64,000 nucleotides of DNA, taken from assembly GCA_963664435.2 (NCBI GenBank), contig CAXXKM010000001.1, positions 288,001 to 352,000 of the forward strand. The letters are read 5' to 3'. This stretch comes from Longimicrobiales bacterium. Its GTDB lineage: Bacteria > Gemmatimonadota > Gemmatimonadetes > Longimicrobiales > Gaopeijiaceae. The position numbers and the translations under genes were made by a program. Below, in pieces: positions 49,278 to 60,112 of the stretch (position 1 is its first letter; each line of letters opens with the position of its first letter). The notes below the pieces were generated by a model. It made no database searches, was not told the origin of the DNA, and saw only the letters and a list, made by a program, of their open reading frames with translations.

Positions 49278-50345
49278 CTATCCCCCGCTCTCGCTCTTGA
49301 GCCGCCGAATCTCCGCGGCCAGCGCCGGCCCCACCTCGAACACGTCCCCCACGATGCCGTAGTCGGCCACGTTGAAGATGGGAGCGTCGGCGTCCTTGTT
49401 CACCGCGACGATGGTGCGCGACGTGCGCATCCCGGCGAGGTGCTGGATCGCCCCGGAGATGGCGAGCGCGAAGTAGAGCTTGGGCGCGATGGTCTTGCCC
49501 GTCTGGCCAACCTGTTCCGCGTGCGGGCGCCACCCGGCGTCCACCACCGCGCGCGAGGCTCCCAGGGCCGCGGTCGGTCCCAGGGCATCGCGCACATCCT
49601 CGATCACGCCCCAGTTCTCCGGACCACGCATGCCGCGGCCGCCGGACACCACGATCTCCGCCTCCGCCACGTCGACGCTGCCACCCGAGGCGGCCCGGAA
49701 CTCCACCACCCGCCCCGCCGCCGGCGCTCCTCCCGCCGGAGTGAACGCCTCTACCCGACCGGCCGCCGCGTGGGTGCCCGGTGGAAACACATGGGGACGG
49801 AGCGACACCACCGCCGGGCTGGCGTCGAAGGTGACGCGCGCAAACGCCTTCCCCCCGTACACCGGCCGGGTGACGACCAGCCCACCGTCCACCACCTCCA
49901 GGCCCGTGGCATCCGAGGCGAGCGGCACGTCGAGGAGCGCCGCCACCCTGGGCGCCAGGTCGGCCCCCAGCGCGCTGGCGGGAAAGAGCACGGCCCTGTA
50001 TCCGCCTCCGGCGACCATGTCGGCGACGATGCGCGCGTAGCCCTCTGACTGGTATTGCGCCAGCTCGGCGCCCTCGGCCACCCGGATCACCTCCGCCCCG
50101 CGCGCGCCCAGCGACGCGCAGGCCGCGCCGAAGCCGGGTCCGCCTGCGGCCAGCCCGTGGGCTTCTCCACCGATTTGGCGCGCCAGCTCGGCCGCGGCCC
50201 CGACGACCTCGTGGGCCGTGGCGCGGACGCTGCCGTCCCGTTGCTCCACGAACGCGGCTACCACACCTGCACCGGACTCCATCTCCGCCTCCGACCCGTA
50301 CCCGGGTGTCGTCAAAGGTTCGGTCAACGCCGCGGCGGCGCTCAC
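49278..50345 (-). CDS. etfA: Electron transfer flavoprotein alpha subunit
   Basis: [38 protein letters not shown] overlaps the etfB stop. Confidence 0.95.
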   Translation of the reverse strand: MSAAAALTEPLTTPGYGSEAEMESGAGVVAAFVEQRDGSVRATAHEVVGAAAELARQIGGEAHGLAAGGPGFGAACASLGARGAEVIRVAEGAELAQYQSEGYARIVADMVAGGGYRAVLFPASALGADLAPRVAALLDVPLASDATGLEVVDGGLVVTRPVYGGKAFARVTFDASPAVVSLRPHVFPPGTHAAAGRVEAFTPAGGAPAAGRVVEFRAASGGSVDVAEAEIVVSGGRGMRGPENWGVIEDVRDALGPTAALGASRAVVDAGWRPHAEQVGQTGKTIAPKLYFALAISGAIQHLAGMRTSRTIVAVNKDADAPIFNVADYGIVGDVFEVGPALAAEIRRLKSESGG

Positions 50346-51091
50346 AGCGCCCCCGCCTCCTCCCGCAGCAGCCGCACCAGCTCGGGAACCGCCTTCACGC
50401 CCTCCCCCACGATCCGACCCGGTGGGCGGGGTGCAGGCAGTTCCAGCTCGAGCACGCGGAGGCGCGCGGCCGGGAGCTTGGCCGGCCGCCGCTCCAGGGG
50501 CTTGCGGCGCGCCGCCATGATGCCCTTGAGGGTGGCGTAGCGGGGCTCGTAGGCACCCTTGGTGATCGTGACCACGCACGGAAGTGGCAGATCCACCACC
50601 TCCGTTCCCCCCTCCACCTCGCGGTGACAGCGGACGTGGCCGTCCCCCGCCTCCAGGCGCGTCACCGCGGTCGCACAGGGCCGTGCGAGCAGCGTGGCGA
50701 GCATCGGGCCCACCTGCTGCTGGTCGTCGTCCGCCGCCTTCACCCCGAGCAGGATCAGCGGGGCGTCGGCTTCGGCGAGCTCCTCGGCCAGCGCCTTGGC
50801 GGTCGCAAGCCCGTCCATCGTGACCTCGCCTTCCAGCAGCACGGCCCGGTGCGCGCCCATCGCCAGGCTGTTCCTGAGGCTCTCCGCGGCGCCCGCGTCT
50901 CCCACGGTCACCGATGTAACCTCGCCCGCCCCCAGGCCTTCGGTCACCTGCAGACCCGCCTCCAGGGCGAACTCGTCGTAGGGGCTCACGATGTACTTCA
51001 CTCCGCTGGTATCGATAGAGACGCCGTCGTCACCGACGCGTATCCGCGTCTCGGTGTCGGGTACCCTGCGGATGCAGACGCTCACGTTCAC
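50342..51091 (-). CDS. etfB: Electron transfer flavoprotein beta subunit
   Basis: RRVPDTE, SPYDEFALE, LAMGA, REVEGG, PRYATLKGIMAA. Confidence 0.95.
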   Translation of the reverse strand: MNVSVCIRRVPDTETRIRVGDDGVSIDTSGVKYIVSPYDEFALEAGLQVTEGLGAGEVTSVTVGDAGAAESLRNSLAMGAHRAVLLEGEVTMDGLATAKALAEELAEADAPLILLGVKAADDDQQQVGPMLATLLARPCATAVTRLEAGDGHVRCHREVEGGTEVVDLPLPCVVTITKGAYEPRYATLKGIMAARRKPLERRPAKLPAARLRVLELELPAPRPPGRIVGEGVKAVPELVRLLREEAGAL

Positions 51092-51212
51092 TTCGGGGTC
51101 GCTCCGGTTCGAGGATCAGGACGGGAGAACCGCCGGCAAGCGCGCATTTCAACCACCGGCCGGCGCAAACAGCCCACAGAAGGTACACGAGATCCCGCCC
51201 GGGGGAATGGCC

Positions 51213-52625
51213 TCAAAGCGTCGCCCCCAGCACCGCGAAGCAGACGGCCGCCGCCCCTCCGGCCAGCAGCGCGTAGGGCAGCTGCGTGCGCACGTGGTCG
51301 ATGTGATCGGTGGCCGCCGCCATGGACGAAATGATGGTGGTGTCGCTGATGGGCGAGGAGTGGTCGCCGAAGATGCCCCCGGAGAGCGCCGCCGCCACGA
51401 ACGGGGCCAGCGGCATGCCCAGCGTCTCCGCCACGGGCACCGCAATGGGCAGCATGATGGCGAAGGTGCCCCAGCTCGAGCCGATCGAGAACGCGATCCC
51501 GCCCGCGACCAGGAACACGAGCGGCAGAAAGAGCATCGGCGGAAGCACGCCCTCGGTGACCTGCGCCACGTACTCGCCGGCGCCCAGGGTGCGCGCCACG
51601 GATCCCAGCGCCAGGGCCAGCAGCAGGATGAGCGCCAGCGGCATCAGCCCTCCCGCGCCCTTGAGGCCGGTCCGGGTGAGCTCGTCAAGGGTCGCGCCCC
51701 TCTGCGCCAGCAACAGCAGCCACGCCGCTCCCAGGCCGGCCAGCACCGCCCATAGCACGCTCGTCGACCCGGACCCCTCGAGCATCGATCCGCCGCCGGT
51801 CACGTACAGGCCCAGCGGCATGGTCAGCACCATCACCGCGATCGGCACCAGCATGTTGCGCGCGCGCGGCGCGATTCGGCCGACCGGCGTGGGCGAGAGC
51901 ACCGTCTCGTCCACCATCGGCTGGGCATTGGGCCACAGCACCTGTCCCTCCCGGGCCCGCTTCTCGGCCCTCTTCATGGGACCGATGTCGATCTTCCACA
52001 TGATCGACGCGCCTGCGAGAAGGAAGGCGATGAGCGCGTAGAAGTTCACGGGAATCGCGGCGATGAAGACCCCGAGCGCGTCCTCCACGCCCAGCTCGTT
52101 CAGGATCCCCAGGTTCAGGGCTCCCCAGGCGTTCAGCGGGATGAGGATGCAGATGGGCGCCGAGGTGGAGTCGACGATGTAGGCAAGCCGTTCGCGGGAG
52201 ATGCGGAAACGGTCGAAGAGCGGCCGCGACACCGCCCCGGCCACGAGCACCGTGATGTTCGACTCGATGAAGATCACGATGCCGATGATCCACGCCAGGA
52301 ACTGGGCGCGGCGTCCGTCGGTGACCCAGCGGTTGCCCTCGATCCAGCGCACGAATCCACGCACGCCGCCGGCGGCTTCCAGCGTCGCGATCATCGCGCC
52401 GATGACCAGGGTGAACAGGATCACCCGGGCGTTGCCGGGGTCGCCCAGCACCGCCACGGTCTGCTCGATCGCGGTGGCGAGGCCGGCGAGCGGGTTCCAG
52501 CCTTCGAGGATGGTCCAGCCGATCCAGATGCCCGCCGCAAGCGACACGTAGACTTGCCGGCTCCAGATCGCCAGTACGATCGCAAGGACGGTGGGAAGCA
52601 GCGAAATCCAGCCGGGTTCGTTCAT
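51213..52625 (-). CDS. Na+/H+ antiporter NhaC family protein
   Basis: [44 protein letters not shown]. Confidence 0.9.
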   Translation of the reverse strand: MNEPGWISLLPTVLAIVLAIWSRQVYVSLAAGIWIGWTILEGWNPLAGLATAIEQTVAVLGDPGNARVILFTLVIGAMIATLEAAGGVRGFVRWIEGNRWVTDGRRAQFLAWIIGIVIFIESNITVLVAGAVSRPLFDRFRISRERLAYIVDSTSAPICILIPLNAWGALNLGILNELGVEDALGVFIAAIPVNFYALIAFLLAGASIMWKIDIGPMKRAEKRAREGQVLWPNAQPMVDETVLSPTPVGRIAPRARNMLVPIAVMVLTMPLGLYVTGGGSMLEGSGSTSVLWAVLAGLGAAWLLLLAQRGATLDELTRTGLKGAGGLMPLALILLLALALGSVARTLGAGEYVAQVTEGVLPPMLFLPLVFLVAGGIAFSIGSSWGTFAIMLPIAVPVAETLGMPLAPFVAAALSGGIFGDHSSPISDTTIISSMAAATDHIDHVRTQLPYALLAGGAAAVCFAVLGATL

Positions 52626-53239
52626 CGGGTTCCGCCTGTGCGCCTGGAAACGTGAGGATTGCCCTGAAGGAAGAAGCGCAGTTCGCGGTCGCGCGCCCGG
52701 GTTACCCCGATGCGCGGGGACCGTGCGACGCTCCCGGCCGGAACCGGTTTCCGAGGAATGAGACGCAGGGGCGCCCGGTCCAGGAAGTGGCCGTCGAGCG
52801 CCCCTGTGACGCCCAGTGCCTGGCAGAGCCGCGCCGGACCGGAGCACAGGTCGCGGGTCCTGCCCCGCCGCGCCGCCATGGTAGCGTCACCCGCCACCGG
52901 CTCGAGCGCGCGCACCAGCACCGCGGCCGGAAAGCCCTCCTGCCCGGTCACGACGTTCAGGCACCAGTGCATGCCGTAGATGAGGTAGACGTAGGCGATT
53001 CCGGGAGGACCGAACATGGACGCGTTGCGCCTGGTGCGGCCGATTCGCTCGGCGGCGTGGGACGCGGGGTCGTGGGGTCCGGTGTAGGCCTCCACCTCTA
53101 CGATGCGGCCCGCCGTTCGGACGCCGCCCACGGTCGACTCCACCTCCCAGCCCAGAATGTCGGGAGCGACGGCCCGGGCGCCCCTCGCCAGAAGGCCGGG
53201 GAGCGTTTCGTTCGAAGCAGAGGGATCGAACGCCACCAC
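52622..53239 (-). CDS. mpg: 3-methyladenine DNA glycosylase (AAG/Mpg)
   Basis: [43 protein letters not shown]. Own GTG at 53239; appears fused to the upstream gene only through a 1-nt deletion. Confidence 0.88.
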   Translation of the reverse strand: MVAFDPSASNETLPGLLARGARAVAPDILGWEVESTVGGVRTAGRIVEVEAYTGPHDPASHAAERIGRTRRNASMFGPPGIAYVYLIYGMHWCLNVVTGQEGFPAAVLVRALEPVAGDATMAARRGRTRDLCSGPARLCQALGVTGALDGHFLDRAPLRLIPRKPVPAGSVARSPRIGVTRARDRELRFFLQGNPHVSRRTGGTR

Positions 53240-53258
53240 TCGCTCGACCGCGCGCCGC

Positions 53259-55441
53259 TCAGGAGGATCCGCGGCGACGCCCCAGCCGTGTCCGCCGAGC
53301 TGCGTCCGAAGACGTCTTCCGGGTTGCGGCCTTCTTCGAGGTCGTGGCCTTCTGCGGGGTTGCGGCCTTCTGCGGGTCGTGGCCTTCTTCGGGGTTGCGG
53401 CCTTCTGCGCGGTCGTGTCCTTCGGCGGGGTCGTGTCCTGTTTCGAGGTCGCGGCCTTCTGCGCGGTCATGTCCTTCTTCGAGGTCGCGGCCTTCTGCGC
53501 GGTCATGTCCTTCTTCGAGGTCGCGGCCTTCTTCAAGGTCGCACTCTTCTGCGGGGTCGCGGCCTTCTGCGGGGCCGCGGCCTGCCTAGCGGTCGCACTC
53601 TTCTTCGAGGTCGTGGCCTTCTTAGCGGTCGCCGCCTTCTGCGACGTCACCGCCCCTGGCGCGACCGCACTCTGCTCCGAACCCGCCTCCGTCCTGGAGC
53701 GGCGGCCGAAGTCCTCCAGCCACGCCTCTTTTACCTTGGCCACCCGGTTGGGCGGAAGGACGCCCTCCAGCTTCTCGATGGAGTCGTGCAGCACGTGGAA
53801 GACGCGGTCGCCGAAAACTTCGATGAGACGCTCCGCGGTCTTCGCGCCCACGCCCCGGTAGCGGTTGGCCAGGTAGCGCTGGACCGCGGCGGCATCGGTG
53901 GGCAGCCCGAGACCGCCGGGATCGAACGCGGGTTCGGGCTCGGCGGGCTGTTCGCGCCTGGCGTCCTCCTTCTCGTGCTCGCGGGCCCGCTGGCTCTGAC
54001 GCCACATGCGCAGCCGCGGCGAGCGGGGCGTTCGCCCGCCCTTCTTCGCAGCGGGCGCCGCCGGCTCCGCCGGCTCCGCCGGAGCTGCGCTACCCGTCTG
54101 CGCGGAGGTGGAATCGGCCTCTCCCGCTTCCGCGACCGCTCCCCGCGACGCGGAAGCAGCGGCAGCCGATCCGTCGGGAGCCCCTTGCTTCGGCCCGGCG
54201 GGCGATCTGCTCCCGTCCTCCGATCCGGTGGGCGGAGCCTCAGTCGCCCGGGCACGGTCCGACCGGGGAAGCCGCACGACGAAGTTACCCGCCTCGTTGC
54301 GGCGGATGCGCACGACCTCGTGCTCGTGGGCCTGCGTGAGGAACTTGCTGAACTTGCTGAACCCGAGCCCCGCTTCGTCAAAGCTCCGGTCGAGGTCCAG
54401 CATGCGGCGCTTCACATCGGAATCCCGCGTCCAGTTGTTGTCCGGGCTGATGTCCGGCAACGCCCTGCGCAGAAGCGCGTATGCGTCCGCAAGGGGGTCG
54501 GCGCCCTCTGCTCCGTTTCCGGAAACGCCCTCCCGGCGGGGTTCGCTCTCCGGGGACCCGGCCTCGCTGCGCGCCGCAGCCGCGCGCCTGCGCTCCGGAC
54601 CACCGGGACCGCCTGCCCGGGTGCGCGCGCCGGGATGCCGTGGGGCGGAGCTGTCTCGCCGGCGGGCGCCCGCCGGAAGTATCTCGTGCTGGCCGTTCTC
54701 GAGCTTGCGCAGGCGCACGAGCCCGCGGGAGGCCGCCTCCGCGAGAAACTTGCTGAACTTGCTGAACCCGTACTTCGATTCCTCGAAACCCGGGTTCATT
54801 TCCAGCATTACCTGCTTGAGGCGGTCCGAGCGCATCACGTCTCCGCGCTCGATCATCTTCTTCGACGCCTCACTGACCAGACTCCAGGGGTCCACGGACT
54901 TGCCCTTGTCTCCCGCGGACGTCTTCTGAAGTCCGGTGATCGACGAGTACGAGTAGTATTCGTCGCAGTTCTGGACCAGGATATCGGAGCTGGATTCCTG
55001 GATCCCCACCCCGATCACGTACTTCCCGTACTCCTTCAGCTTCAGAACCAGACTGGAAAAGTCACTGTCTCCCGTAAGGAGAATGTAGGTCCCGATTTCC
55101 GGGCGAATGAAGACCAGCTCCATGCCGTCGATCGCCATGCGGATATCGGTGGCGTTCTTCTTCGAACTGCCGTAGGCGGGCGCGAAGATCAGGTCGACCG
55201 ACGCCTCCGAGAGCGGCACGATGTACTGGGGATACCGGCGCCAGTCCGCGTACGCCCGCTGGACGGTGACCTTGCCCTTGATGATGTCGGAGTTGAGGAG
55301 CGTCTTGATCTCTTTGGAAAGATCGCTCCGGATGCCCATCGTCACGTTGTCGAAGTCGATGAGCAGCGCCGCGTTGGGCGCCGAAGACAGGACCGGGCCC
55401 ACCCCTTCGACATGCGGGGCGCGCGTGAAGTGATTGATCAT
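53259..55441 (-). CDS. NYN-domain protein with two LOTUS/OST-HTH domains, a RecD2-like HhH and an H1-like tail (frameshift at 53374-53376)
   Basis: [31 protein letters not shown] (NYN); two GFSKFSKFL motifs; [16 protein letters not shown]. The corrected frame ends ..GRRRGSS* at 53259. Confidence 0.85.
53325..53647 (-). repeat. 18 copies of an 18-bp coding repeat (T-x-K/Q-K-A-A hexapeptides)
   Basis: Units such as [18 protein letters not shown] and TSKKDM. Span is 323 bp, one short of 18 x 18. Confidence 0.88.
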
Positions 55442-55555
55442 CTGATGTTCTCTTGCAACCGAAGTTCCGGCCGCCGAGCCTCCCTCTCCGGTCCACCCTC
55501 TCTCCGGCGGCGCACGCCGGGATCGGTTGTGGAGCGGGGCTGGGAAGCCAGTGAC

Positions 55556-57172
55556 CTAGCCGTGCCGGCGCAGGATCTCGGCCCGCAAAAGGCGAGCCAG
55601 TTCTCCGCGTCCGACCTTCCCGGCTGCCGTCGCCGGGAAGTCGTCAAAAAAGTGGATCCGATCAGGCACCTTGTAGGTGGCCAGCGAGGGGCGGCACCAC
55701 GCTCTCAACTCCTCCGCCGAGACCATGGCCCCTTCGATCGTGTGCACGCAGGCGCAGACGGCCTCGCCCAGAAGTTCGTCGGGCAGGCCCACCACCACTA
55801 CATCCCGTACCGCCGGGTGTGTCGCGATTCTGTTCTCGACTTCCCGGGGATACACATCGAATCCAGCCTTAATGATAACATCGCCCTGGCGACCGACCAA
55901 ATGCAGGTAGCCGTCTTCGTCCACGATGCCCATGTCGCCGGTGTGCAGGAAGCGGTCAGCGTCGAAGTGCCGCCGGGTGTTGTCCGGCTGCCGGTAGTAG
56001 CCGCGCATCACGCCCGGGCCGCGAACCCGGAGCTCCCCCAGGCTTTCGACCGGCAGCACGGATCCGTCGCCGTCGCAGACCCGCACCGAGACGTCGGCCA
56101 GCGGCCGTCCCACGGTGAAGCGCTGCTTCTCGGGGGGATCCCCGGCGCGAGTCATGGAGAGGGTGGACCCGGCCTCCGTGAGCGAATACGCCACCTGCAG
56201 GTTCGGACAGAGCTCCTCGCGCACATGGCGCAGGGGGAGATCGCCGATGGGCCCGCCCGTGACGATGCCGGTTCGCAGGCTGGAGAGGTCGCGCGGCATG
56301 CGCCGCTGGGCATGCAGCTCGGTGAGGAAGTGCGTGGGCACACCGTAGTGCACGGTGACGCGGTGCCGTTCGATCAGATCCAGCGCCTCTTCCCCGTCGA
56401 AGCTCTCCTGCAGCACGATCGACGCGCCTGCGCCTGAGGTGCCGAGGATGGCGGGACCGAGCGAAAACGCGTGGAAGATGTCGCTGGCCCCGATGACGCG
56501 GTCGGACGGGGTCACGCCCAGCTCCGCCGCGGTCTGGCGCGCGGGCTGCACCAGGTTGGCGTGGGTCAACTCCACGCCCTTCGGCTTTCCGGTGGTCCCG
56601 GCCGTGTAGAGCAGCGCGAATTGGTCGTCAGCCGCCAGCTCCGGCTGTGGACACTTCTTCCCCCGTCCCGCCGAGACGAGGTCTTCGAATGGATAGATCT
56701 GGTCGTCGTACCAGAGGTCCTCTTCACCAACCGTGATCACGTAGCCCAGTTCCGGCAGCTCTTCCAGCACTTCCTCGGCGAACTGCAGGTAGTCGATGCC
56801 TTCGAAGGTCTCGGGCGTCACCGCGACCGCGGCCTGGGAGTGACGCAGGCGGTAGCGCAGCTCGGGCGGGGGGAGACGGGGATTGAGCGGCACTACGACG
56901 ATCCCGAGTCCGGCCGCCGCGAAGGCCGCCACGATGAACTCGGGACATCCGGGCAGCAGGATCGCGAGGCGGTCGCCCCGCTCGATGCCCAGGCGGTGCA
57001 GGGACGCCGCCAGGTCCCGGGCCTGGCTCTCCACCTGGCCGTAGGTCATCATGCCGCCCTCGAAGAGCAGAAACGGCCGGCCGGGATCGGAGGCCGCGGC
57101 CGCGGCCAGCACGGCGCCGGCTGTGGAGGGTGACGAACCCGGAGAACGGGCGCGGTCGGCGTCGCGGTTCAT
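55556..57172 (-). CDS. Class I adenylate-forming enzyme (acyl-CoA synthetase)
   Basis: [36 protein letters not shown]. Confidence 0.9.
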   Translation of the reverse strand: MNRDADRARSPGSSPSTAGAVLAAAAASDPGRPFLLFEGGMMTYGQVESQARDLAASLHRLGIERGDRLAILLPGCPEFIVAAFAAAGLGIVVVPLNPRLPPPELRYRLRHSQAAVAVTPETFEGIDYLQFAEEVLEELPELGYVITVGEEDLWYDDQIYPFEDLVSAGRGKKCPQPELAADDQFALLYTAGTTGKPKGVELTHANLVQPARQTAAELGVTPSDRVIGASDIFHAFSLGPAILGTSGAGASIVLQESFDGEEALDLIERHRVTVHYGVPTHFLTELHAQRRMPRDLSSLRTGIVTGGPIGDLPLRHVREELCPNLQVAYSLTEAGSTLSMTRAGDPPEKQRFTVGRPLADVSVRVCDGDGSVLPVESLGELRVRGPGVMRGYYRQPDNTRRHFDADRFLHTGDMGIVDEDGYLHLVGRQGDVIIKAGFDVYPREVENRIATHPAVRDVVVVGLPDELLGEAVCACVHTIEGAMVSAEELRAWCRPSLATYKVPDRIHFFDDFPATAAGKVGRGELARLLRAEILRRHG

Positions 57173-57195
57173 TCAAAAGATGCGTGTTGGGGGAA

Positions 57196-58314
57196 TCATG
57201 GCGCCTCGCCAAGTACGGCCAGCACCACTTCGTCGGGCAGGGCGTGCGTCCACCCGCCTGTACTGTCCACTCGCCCGATCCGGTCCAGGAGGACGTACGC
57301 GGGAGATCCGGCGCGCGTTTTCTTGTCGGTGGGAGTGCGCGCCAGGACGGCGGCGGCATCGGTGCCCGGGGGCGGGGTTGTGGGCAGGCGGCAACCGTTG
57401 AGCGCCTCGGCCAGGCGGTCGGAGGTGCCCGGCGCGGTGCGCCCGATGCGTTCGCCGGCGCGCGCTTCCAGAATCATGCCGAGGGAGACGGCGGACCCGT
57501 GCGGGAGCGTGTAGCCGGACTCCGCCTCAAGCGCGTGCCCGAGGGTGTGCCCGAAGTTGAGGAGCTTCCTGAGCCCTCCTTCCCGTTCATCCTCGCTGAC
57601 CACGCGGGCCTTGAGTTCCACCGACCGGCGCACCACCGCCTCCATGGCGGCGCCGTCTCCCGCCAGCACCCCCGCGGCGGAGCGAGCGACCTCCTCGAAG
57701 TAATCCTCGTCCAGGATCGCTCCGTGCTTGACCGCCTCGGCGAGCCCCTGGGCGCGCTCCGCCGCAGGCAGGGTGAAGAGGTAGTCGGGATCGGCGACCA
57801 CCACCCGGGGCGGGTGGAAAGCCCCGATCAGGTTCTTGCCGGCGCGCGTGTCCACTCCTGTCTTCCCCCCCACCGAAGCGTCGACCATGGCGACCAGACT
57901 GGTCGGAACCTGCACCACCGGAATGCCCCGCAGCAGGGTCGCGGCCACGAAGCCCGCCAGATCGCCTGTCACCCCGCCCCCGAGCGCGACCACGCAGCCG
58001 TCGCGCCCGAATCCCGCAGCCAGCAGCTCGTCCGAGAGTCGCGACCAGCTCCGCCGGATCTTGTTCTCCTCCCCCGCGGGAAAGGTGAACAGCTCCGCCC
58101 TCGCACCGTGCGCCGCCAGGGCGTCCAACAGGTCGCGTCCGTGCAGCACGGCTACGGTCGCGTCCGCGATCACCGCATAGCGGTGCGCGGGCGCAAACTC
58201 GGCGAGCAGTTCCGGCATCGCATGGCGCAGGCCGCGCGACACGAGCACCGGATATGCCCCGCCCCCCCTCGTGTTCACATGCACGGCGTGGGCTGCGGAC
58301 GCGCGCGAACTCAA
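57196..58314 (-). CDS. aroB: 3-dehydroquinate synthase
   Basis: GEENK, ALGGGVTGDLAG, PTSLVAMVDASVGGKTG, LNFGHTLGHALE, HGSAV, DKK. TTG overlaps the upstream stop. Confidence 0.93.
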   Translation of the reverse strand: MSSRASAAHAVHVNTRGGGAYPVLVSRGLRHAMPELLAEFAPAHRYAVIADATVAVLHGRDLLDALAAHGARAELFTFPAGEENKIRRSWSRLSDELLAAGFGRDGCVVALGGGVTGDLAGFVAATLLRGIPVVQVPTSLVAMVDASVGGKTGVDTRAGKNLIGAFHPPRVVVADPDYLFTLPAAERAQGLAEAVKHGAILDEDYFEEVARSAAGVLAGDGAAMEAVVRRSVELKARVVSEDEREGGLRKLLNFGHTLGHALEAESGYTLPHGSAVSLGMILEARAGERIGRTAPGTSDRLAEALNGCRLPTTPPPGTDAAAVLARTPTDKKTRAGSPAYVLLDRIGRVDSTGGWTHALPDEVVLAVLGEAP

Positions 58315-59567
58315 GCGCCCCCCACGATGGCCGCCACCGGCGCGGACGGCACGACCCCGACGGTCAGCACCGCCGCGGACCGGCCATCCAGCATATGCGC
58401 CTCGAGCGTAGCGTCGGTCAGCGCCGCGGCCACCGCCTGGCCCCGGGACACGAACGCGTCGCGCGCCGCCTCGTCCTCCCAGACCGACCACCAGACCAGC
58501 CCGCGGCTTTCGTCCTCGCCTTCGACCAGGGCGAACTGGTCGCCCTCCCAGCCGCCGATCGGCTCCCCATCCGCCGCGACCTCCTCGAACAGAATCCCGA
58601 TCTCCGCCAGCCCGAGCGAGTTCGTGTAGATCACCGCGGCATCGCCACCGGTGATGTCGATGTCGACCGGTGCATCCGGTTCCGGCCCGAAGGCCCGATC
58701 CGGTTCCAGCACCTGCTCGGTGGAGTGAGGAAGCAAATCTCCGAAGGGAGGCGGCCGGCCGGGACGCTGCTGCCACAGCACGCGGACGTACTCCGTGCCC
58801 TGCACGTAGGGGAAGATGAGCGACTCGCGCACGAGCCTGGGAGCAGTGCTCAGGACCGGCGATGCACTCGCGGCCCCCGCCAGCGATGGCCCCATCAGAT
58901 CGATGAAGTTCGGAATCGCCACCAGGTCCACCTGAGCCCCCTGCTGCTTCCCGAGCGCGTACTCGAGCATCACGAGGGTGGCGTGGCCCTCGGCCGCCGC
59001 CTGCGCCGCGATCTGGCGGTCGTTGCCGCGCGCGCGCGCGGTCAGCGCGTCGAGGTCGACGGCCTGGTCCTGGGCGGCGTGGACGAGTTCGTGGACCAGC
59101 ACGGTTTCGACGGTCTCTTCGTCCTGGCCGGACCGCACGTAGAGCGCCACCGAGTCGGGATCGTAGAAGCCGGCCACCTGCTCGGTATAGAGCGCCAGGA
59201 AGAGCGCGCCCAGGTCGAGGTCGGAGGGAACCAGCCCGAGCAGCGCGTAGCTGTCCCGGATGCGCTCCACTTCGCCCTCCCGAAACTCCTCGTCGAGCTT
59301 GGAGGTCAGGTACCGCACCAGCTCTTCCTCGCTTCGCCACTCGACGCGCACCGGCTCCGTAAAGCTGAGCCCGGAGCGCTCGCTGATGTCCTGGAGCAGC
59401 CCGTTGGCCATTTCCTGCAGGGCAGCGTCCGACGATACGGCCAGGCCGCTGGTGGGCGATTCCTGGCTGCACGCGATGCTGGGCACGAGGACGACCGGCA
59501 GGAGCGCCCACCACCACCGTGCGGACAGCGCGGCACCGTCGCGCGGACCGTGGATGCCCGGCCTCAT
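58311..59567 (-). CDS. Lipoprotein with HExxH zinc-metalloprotease-like motif
   Basis: SIAC lipobox; QVAGFYDP; LVHELVHAAQDQ followed by EGHA; FPY..G; STEQV. Confidence 0.78.
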   Translation of the reverse strand: MRPGIHGPRDGAALSARWWWALLPVVLVPSIACSQESPTSGLAVSSDAALQEMANGLLQDISERSGLSFTEPVRVEWRSEEELVRYLTSKLDEEFREGEVERIRDSYALLGLVPSDLDLGALFLALYTEQVAGFYDPDSVALYVRSGQDEETVETVLVHELVHAAQDQAVDLDALTARARGNDRQIAAQAAAEGHATLVMLEYALGKQQGAQVDLVAIPNFIDLMGPSLAGAASASPVLSTAPRLVRESLIFPYVQGTEYVRVLWQQRPGRPPPFGDLLPHSTEQVLEPDRAFGPEPDAPVDIDITGGDAAVIYTNSLGLAEIGILFEEVAADGEPIGGWEGDQFALVEGEDESRGLVWWSVWEDEAARDAFVSRGQAVAAALTDATLEAHMLDGRSAAVLTVGVVPSAPVAAIVGGA

Positions 59568-59956
59568 CCCTGCCGCCCGGAACTCCCGGCGCGCCCGGAG
59601 TTCCCTGCACGCCCGTAACGATCCTCGAGGCGGACCACGTCGTCCAGTTCGGGCGTCGACGCCTCCAGGATATCCACGTCCGTCACCGCCTCCATGCGGT
59701 GCACGGTTCCCGGAACGATGCGCACCGCATCCCCTTCCCTCATCATCCGCTCCTCCAGTTCATCCGCCGAGGAGCCGAGCCACAGATGCATCGACCCGGC
59801 CAGCACGTACAGGGTCTCATCCTTCTCGCGGTGGTACTGCAGCGAAAGCGCCTCGCCGGCGTTCACATGAAGGATCTTGCCTGCGTAGCGTCCGGTGTGC
59901 GCCCAGATGAGCTCGTAGCCCCAGGGCTTGTCGACCCGGACGGAGTGTGTCTTCAT
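59564..59956 (-). CDS. Cupin domain protein (mannose-6-phosphate isomerase type II-like)
   Basis: KPWGYE, LSLQYH..KDET, GTVHR, STPELDDVVRLEDRYGR; GGAG RBS. Confidence 0.88.
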   Translation of the reverse strand: MKTHSVRVDKPWGYELIWAHTGRYAGKILHVNAGEALSLQYHREKDETLYVLAGSMHLWLGSSADELEERMMREGDAVRIVPGTVHRMEAVTDVDILEASTPELDDVVRLEDRYGRAGNSGRAGSSGRQG

Positions 59957-60112
59957 CTCCAGGACTCCGCCAGTTGCCTTATCGCAGGGGAATCTATCAC
60001 CCCGAGCAAGTGCGAGGGCACCGGCTCCCGTCGGGAACCGCCCATGCAACAAACGCGCCCGCCACCCCTGCGGGCGGCGGGCGCGGACTGCTGCGACATG
60101 CCGGCGCCGACC

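Noticed and set aside
53325..53647. CRISPR array
   Set aside because: Contiguous in-frame 18-bp coding repeats with no spacers, and no cas genes in the window.
52622..55441. 939-aa NYN-Mpg fusion taken at face value
   Set aside because: Repeat phase and length point to a single-base deletion; annotated as two genes.
59579..59604. Terminator at the GGAACTCC/GGAGTTCC inverted repeat
   Set aside because: Lies inside the cupin coding end, has no U-tract, and the next gene is translationally coupled.
57196..59610. 804-aa AroB with a long N-terminal extension
   Set aside because: The extension overlaps the HExxH lipoprotein gene in another frame.
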